The position numbers and the translations under genes are program-made. A DNA stretch of 50,463 nt, counting the filler, from Sphacelaria rigidula (taxonomy: Eukaryota): NCBI GenBank assembly GCA_964200075.2. It is 3 parts of 3 records of this genome, joined end to end, with 100 filler letters (N's around TTAATTAATTAA, not from the genome) between each part and the next. Parts side by side here need not be neighbours in the genome. Positions count along the whole stretch, not along the records: positions 33,710 to 50,463 come from CAXNAA020001263.1; 2 more parts are not named here. One strand, written 5' to 3'. The notes beneath the pieces were generated by a model. That model did no database searches. It was given only the letters and a program-made list of their open reading frames with translations, and had not been told where the DNA came from. This document shows positions 45,501 through 50,463 of the stretch, in pieces; positions within the stretch are counted from its first letter, which is position 1; each line of letters starts with the position of its first letter.

Positions 45501-48500
45501 GGGCGGCAGCAAAGGTCTCCAGGTGACGGAACGATGAGGAACCTCAAGACGGAGGTAACGGGTGTGGGCACAGACAGGGTAGATGTGAACTTCGCGCGGG
45601 TGTGCCTAGGTGGAGGTTCTGGGGTAAGGGAGAACCGATCAATCAAGAGACTGCGTAGTGATACCAGCACTGTATTACAAGATGGTACGATGAGCGTTGT
45701 ATGCGAAGAATTCCTCGCTGTTTCCGTGGTGAAAGAAGAGGAAAGCACCACCAGCAGTACACCTGACGATGGTGGGATGGACACTGCAAGCGAAGAATCT
45801 CCCACTGGTTTCGCACCGTCTCAAACACGAGTCAAAGGTCCGTTCACCACGGTTTGTTTGTCGGCACTAAGTGCTACCGGCGGTAGTTCCTGTGATGGCG
45901 GCGCCGACATCGACTCGAGGAGCGAGACGCCAGGCGCGACGCCTCGGCTTCCAGGGTCAGGAGTGCTGCGAGTCGATGGTGATACCATAGGCGAAACACC
46001 GCGATTGAGACAAGGAGAGCGCCTGGTCGAATCGGGTACGAGTGTAGGGGTCAAAGCAAGGGACGCAGATAGGCCGACCACCTACCGACCAGCAACTGCA
46101 GCCAGGGTGCAGCAAGGGCAAGCGGTGCACTCGTTGAGGAGTGCTCGTGAAGGCAACGCTCGTGGTTTTGGTGGTGGTCCTACACCGTACAGCTGGAAGA
46201 CCTTAGGGAACAGCACGGGGGACAAGAGGATGGTAGAGTTATTGCTGAACACGCCACGAGTGCAAGCCCCAAAAGAGCACGCGAGGCTTCGTAGACTGTG
46301 GCGACAACAGAAAATGGCAGCCCGAGGATATAAGAGGGCTCGCGTGAGGTTAAGCCCCGCTGCCGCCGCCGCGGAGGCACAGCGATTGCAAGAAGCGGAA
46401 GAGCGCGCGCGACTTCACAGATTGAAACGGCAACAGAAGATGACAGCCAAGGGGTACGTGGGGACTCGACATGAGACACGGAAATCGCGAAGGGAATCGC
46501 AATCACTCATGGAAGAACAGGCGAAGCAATGCACGGGCAAGCAAGGACTGGTGAGTGGGGTTAAGCGAGGTTTTGACTGTGCTGCTTCTGAGTGTACAGA
46601 CAATGCCATCGGATATGATCAGTGCTCATCAGTAGTATCCCCAAACAAATCATTGGTCACGACGCAACAGCTCCCTTCCGAACGACCGAAGATGCCGAGA
46701 ACCAGTGTTTCGCAGCATGTTAATCTCGATCGGTCGTACCAGCCCGCTGCTGTCGCTGCTACCGTGAACGCGGGCGCGTCGAATATCGTCGCCACGGGCC
46801 AAGTGAACACGACCGCTACCGTGAGCTATCGCAGTCAGATCAGAGATGAGGTTGGGATTGACACACCGAAACGGCAACCACGAAATGCGGAGCAAACGGT
46901 ATGTCCAGTGGTGAAAGCGCAACCACAACATGCTCTAAGGCGAACATCATCTCCAGGCAGCAACATTGTCGGGGATGATCGTACCGTAGAACCCGCGGCC
47001 GTGAGGGGTGCAACCCACCAAGCCACACCTAACGGTACTAACCACGGTTCTGGTGCGGATTCTGCTAAGATCAGCAGTAATGCCAGCAGCGGAAATTCAA
47101 TATCGCCAGTCGTGAGTAATCAGGGAAGACGGCATCCCACGGCGGGCCCGATTCCTTCATCAAAAAATAAAAAGCAAGCAGAATCTCAAGAGCCACCACA
47201 GCAACAAATGGTTGATACTGATGATGCGGCCGGCACACAGGCAGCATCCCATCAAGGCTGCGGGACACCTGGAGGTGCCGTGGCCAGTCCACAAGTCTTG
47301 TTACAACAGCCTTGCAAGCATGAGGTTCGTGCTGCTTGTTCGACACCAACGTGCTCATCAGAGAGTTGTAACCGCATATTTCAGTCGACTGTTCGAGGGG
47401 AAACCGCAGATGGCAAGGCGTCCGGAAATCAGGCGCAACCGGCCGGAACCCCCGTCAGCAGAAATCCCTTCGCGCTCGAGAATATTTTGGTCAAGGGCTC
47501 GGTCATCACGCTTCCAAGACGCGATGCGATGAACGTCTGTAGAGACCGGCCATCGACTCGTACGACGGGCGGTAGCGGACACACAGTCCAATTGACTGGT
47601 GGAGGGAAAACCGCATGTGGCGGGTCGCCCGCGAGGCAAGTGCAACGGACCCGGAGCCCAGCGAGGAAGAATCCCTTCGCGCTCGAGAACATATTAGTCC
47701 AAAACTCGACTGTCACGTCTCCGAAGCGCGACGCCGTAGAGCTTGACAGACACGAGTCATTTACCACCACGACAAACAGTAGCGCCCACACGGCGCAGAT
47801 CACTGGTAGAGGGTCAAGGGCAGGTGGGGTCCCACACAGGGTGCCAGTCCGGCGGGCCGGAAGCGCCGTCGTTAGGAATCCATGCGCCCTCGAGAACATA
47901 TTAGTCCACGACCCAACCGCCATGTCGTTGAATGACCGTGGCGACACGACTCCAAAACGCGACGGGATGGAGATTTACGAAGACGTGCTGTCTTCTAAAG
48001 CAACGGGTCTTAGTAGCAATAAGGCCCCATCGACTAGTGGAGGAGAAAGGACGGGTGATGGGTTGTCCAGGGGTCAAGAACAGGCTGCTGGAAGCGCCGC
48101 GAGTAAAAATCCCTTTGCTCTCGAAATAATTCTAGTCCAGGACTCGAGTAAGAGTGCAGCGGCAATGAGTGCGAGTGGGCGCGACACTAGTGGCGACCGC
48201 GGCGGTGGTGCTGCTCGCAGCGGTGATCCTTTTTCGGGCGTTGGCGGCAACGCTAGTGGTGCGGGTGGTGCTAGTATGGGTGATCGTGATGCAGGGAAGA
48301 GTGATACTGGTGGTGGTCGTGGTGGTCGTGCCGGGAAAAGTCCTGCTCATTCCCTGAGCTTCATGTTAAATGCCTCAGAAGACATGATGTTGCAAATGAC
48401 AACGGGTGGCGGTGCTGTGCCCTTGTCGCGCCCCTTGAATAGCCAAGAAGTGTCTACGCATAGCAGCAAAGTTTGTCCGCAACAAACTAGTACTTGTCAG

Positions 48501-49469
48501 CCGCAAAAGGACACGTTTCCGCATCTCACAAACAGCCGCTCCAAACCATCCTCCAGCCCTCAGCCGCAACATGAAGCATCGGCGCACATTGGCAACAGTG
48601 GTGGTTGGCAGCAGCATCATGATTCTCAAGCTCGACCGCAAGCGTCAGCGCACTTCACCAGCGATCATTCTGAACGGCCCTCCCCATTGGCTCACCCCGA
48701 GAACGACTACCACCCTCAAGAACGTCACATACGTCGGCTACCACAGCAGTTCCCGAAACTGGTTCCGCCTCCAAGGAGAAGGCTGCAACGAAACCCACCG
48801 AGACGGCCTCAAGATCAACAACAGGCCATCTCCATGGCGTCCGAGGGCTTAGTACTGCCCAGCCTTTTCAGTCGCCCACGCAACCACGAACGATGCGAAC
48901 CTTCGCAATCCAAACCGCCAGTGACTACGCACGAAAACCTGGTGAAGGAGATGATACAGCGCGCAGTAACCTCACCACTCAGCGAATGCTGGGGCGTAGG
49001 ACCTTGTGGGCCTGCAGATCTCGGCGCAGGGAAGAACAAAACCACGGAGAGGATGCCGATGGTAGCAGGAGTAGTGCAATGGCACCAACACCAGCAGCGC
49101 GCTGCCAACGCCCTTGTCGCGGATTGTGCCCGGGGTTGTGCGGAAGGTTCTGCGGAAGGTGATGCAGCCGCCGCTGCGACTCGTGACGTCGATTGTGGCC
49201 GTGATCTGCGATGTCCTCAGGGTGGTGCGTGTGGGGTCGGTGGGATGGTTGAAACGGAAGTGAATCGTAGCAATGTTGCTAGGGGCGATGCGGGTGGAGG
49301 CGGGGGCGGGTATATCCGCGAGTGCCATTATTCCCCGGCGATGACAGTGACGGGCGGACAATTTGTTGGTCCTGGGTGGCAGGAGGGAGGGCGTGATGAG
49401 AATGCTGGTGTTGGGCCTGCGGTGTTTTCTTCTTCTCTTGTGATCCCGCCTTTGTCATGGATGGGTTGA
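42589..49469 (+). CDS. Large uncharacterised, mostly disordered protein (>1,500 aa) with internal repeats; 5' part not defined
   Basis: Phase-2-linked exons 42589-42777, 42995-43069 and a terminal exon 45098-49469. The terminal acceptor follows a pyrimidine tract and ~105 nt without AG. The frame is open for 1,456 codons. No recognisable domain. Confidence 0.8.
43512..43743. repeat. MITE-like inverted repeat in the intron before the terminal exon
   Basis: About 47-bp arms gttcgagagttgggacctgaagttttgaggagaggagc (from 43512) vs reverse complement of 43696-43743. Confidence 0.75.
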
Positions 49470-50463
49470 TTCCGGCCCTGTGGTGTGGTTAGGATGTTAA
49501 CTGATGCTGATTGCCAGATGTTCATTTTTATAAAACATCATCTTTCAGCCTGTGTTGTGTCGAGGGTGGAGTTGGTATTTTGGTGCATGGTCAGTAGAGC
49601 AGTGGAGTGGAATGTTTTGAATACCCATTTTGCGAACTGTACAAGCTATGGTGATGACGTGATGTATAATTGTCGTCGTAGGAGGTGTGGGGAGGGGTGT
49701 TGTCTTGTTTCACAATTGCTGTATAATACCTTCTTCTCCTGCGAGGAGGGAGGGGTATCGCAGGGTAACATTGTTGATACCGTACACAGTGCAGTGGACT
49801 ATCCGAACACTTTTGGAATTAATTTGGTTGTTTGTACAAACTAGATGCATCGATAGAATACCCCTGAAATTCATACTGAAGCAGTAGTCCCCCCCCCCCG
49901 CCCTGTGTTCTTGCGTAGCACCTCCCCCGTTTTTGCTTGTAGCTCTTGTTGAACGTAAGTCTATGCTTGTAAACCCCATCGACCGATCACCGGAATTTAG
50001 TTGTTGTATGATCCTTTCAAGTGAGGTACAGTACAGTAGAGTCATATAGATCTGAACCATGTCCGAAGTACAGTAGTATATGTTATGGGTTAGGCCTTGC
50101 GAGGTTATATCATATGCGTGCATCTGGCCGTGCGCTGTTGGTAGCTGTTCTGGCGAGCACCAGATGTTGTGCATTGCGGCGCTCTCCCTGACTGACTCGG
50201 TGTGCCTATTGCACGTGTGCTGGTGCAGGTTTTCGTTTATGTACAGCATTTATTATACCCATTACATATCTATGGAATGTATACAGCCGAGGCAACAAGC
50301 AAGCACAAGACCAAGCATTCCTTGTCGAGTTTCATGTATGTACTACTTCTATACTTGTCCTGCTTCCACTTTTACCCCCCCTTTTTTAAGCCCTTACGGA
50401 GTGCCGCGCCGTTACACCGCACACCCTGACGACACGTGGCCGCTCATTGAAGATTCATAGGAC

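Noticed and set aside
45461..49525. Many short minus-strand and alternate-frame ORFs
   Set aside because: Shadow ORFs of the long GC-rich exon.

Overview
Eukaryotic, intron-rich, repeat-rich nuclear DNA, most likely from a brown alga or related photosynthetic stramenopile. This is an inference from the GT-AG introns with short exons, bipartite plastid presequences with an ASAFAP-like F, and RTE LINEs. The window is not contiguous: two 100-bp artificial linkers (N44-TTAATTAATTAA-N44) join three size-sorted, probably unlinked scaffolds of 16,755, 16,754 and 16,754 bp. Genes were assembled by hand from splice sites and reading phases. Scaffold 1 carries a partial BRO1-domain (BROX-like) gene on the minus strand, head-to-head with a partial plastid-targeted GST-N/thioredoxin-fold gene. 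The 9.85-kb second intron of that gene holds a three-level nest: an RTE LINE, split by a 2.4-kb TIR element, which itself contains a foldback. Scaffold 2 carries a complete 9-exon nuclear gene for plastid ribosomal protein S1, with an apparent +1 frameshift right after its ATG, head-to-head with a partial GH1 beta-glucosidase gene. Scaffold 3 carries a 42/84/168-bp higher-order minisatellite, a decayed coding remnant, a pogo-like element that retains a PIP-box-like C-terminus, and an orphan gene. That gene has a 4.4-kb terminal exon encoding a disordered protein with four spaced NPFALENILV motifs. Several MITEs have TIRs and TSDs that can be read directly. No CRISPR array, rRNA or intact tRNA was found. 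The best novelty candidates are the orphan repeat-motif protein and the modular TIR-element family with variable internal sequence and telomere-like subterminal tracts.
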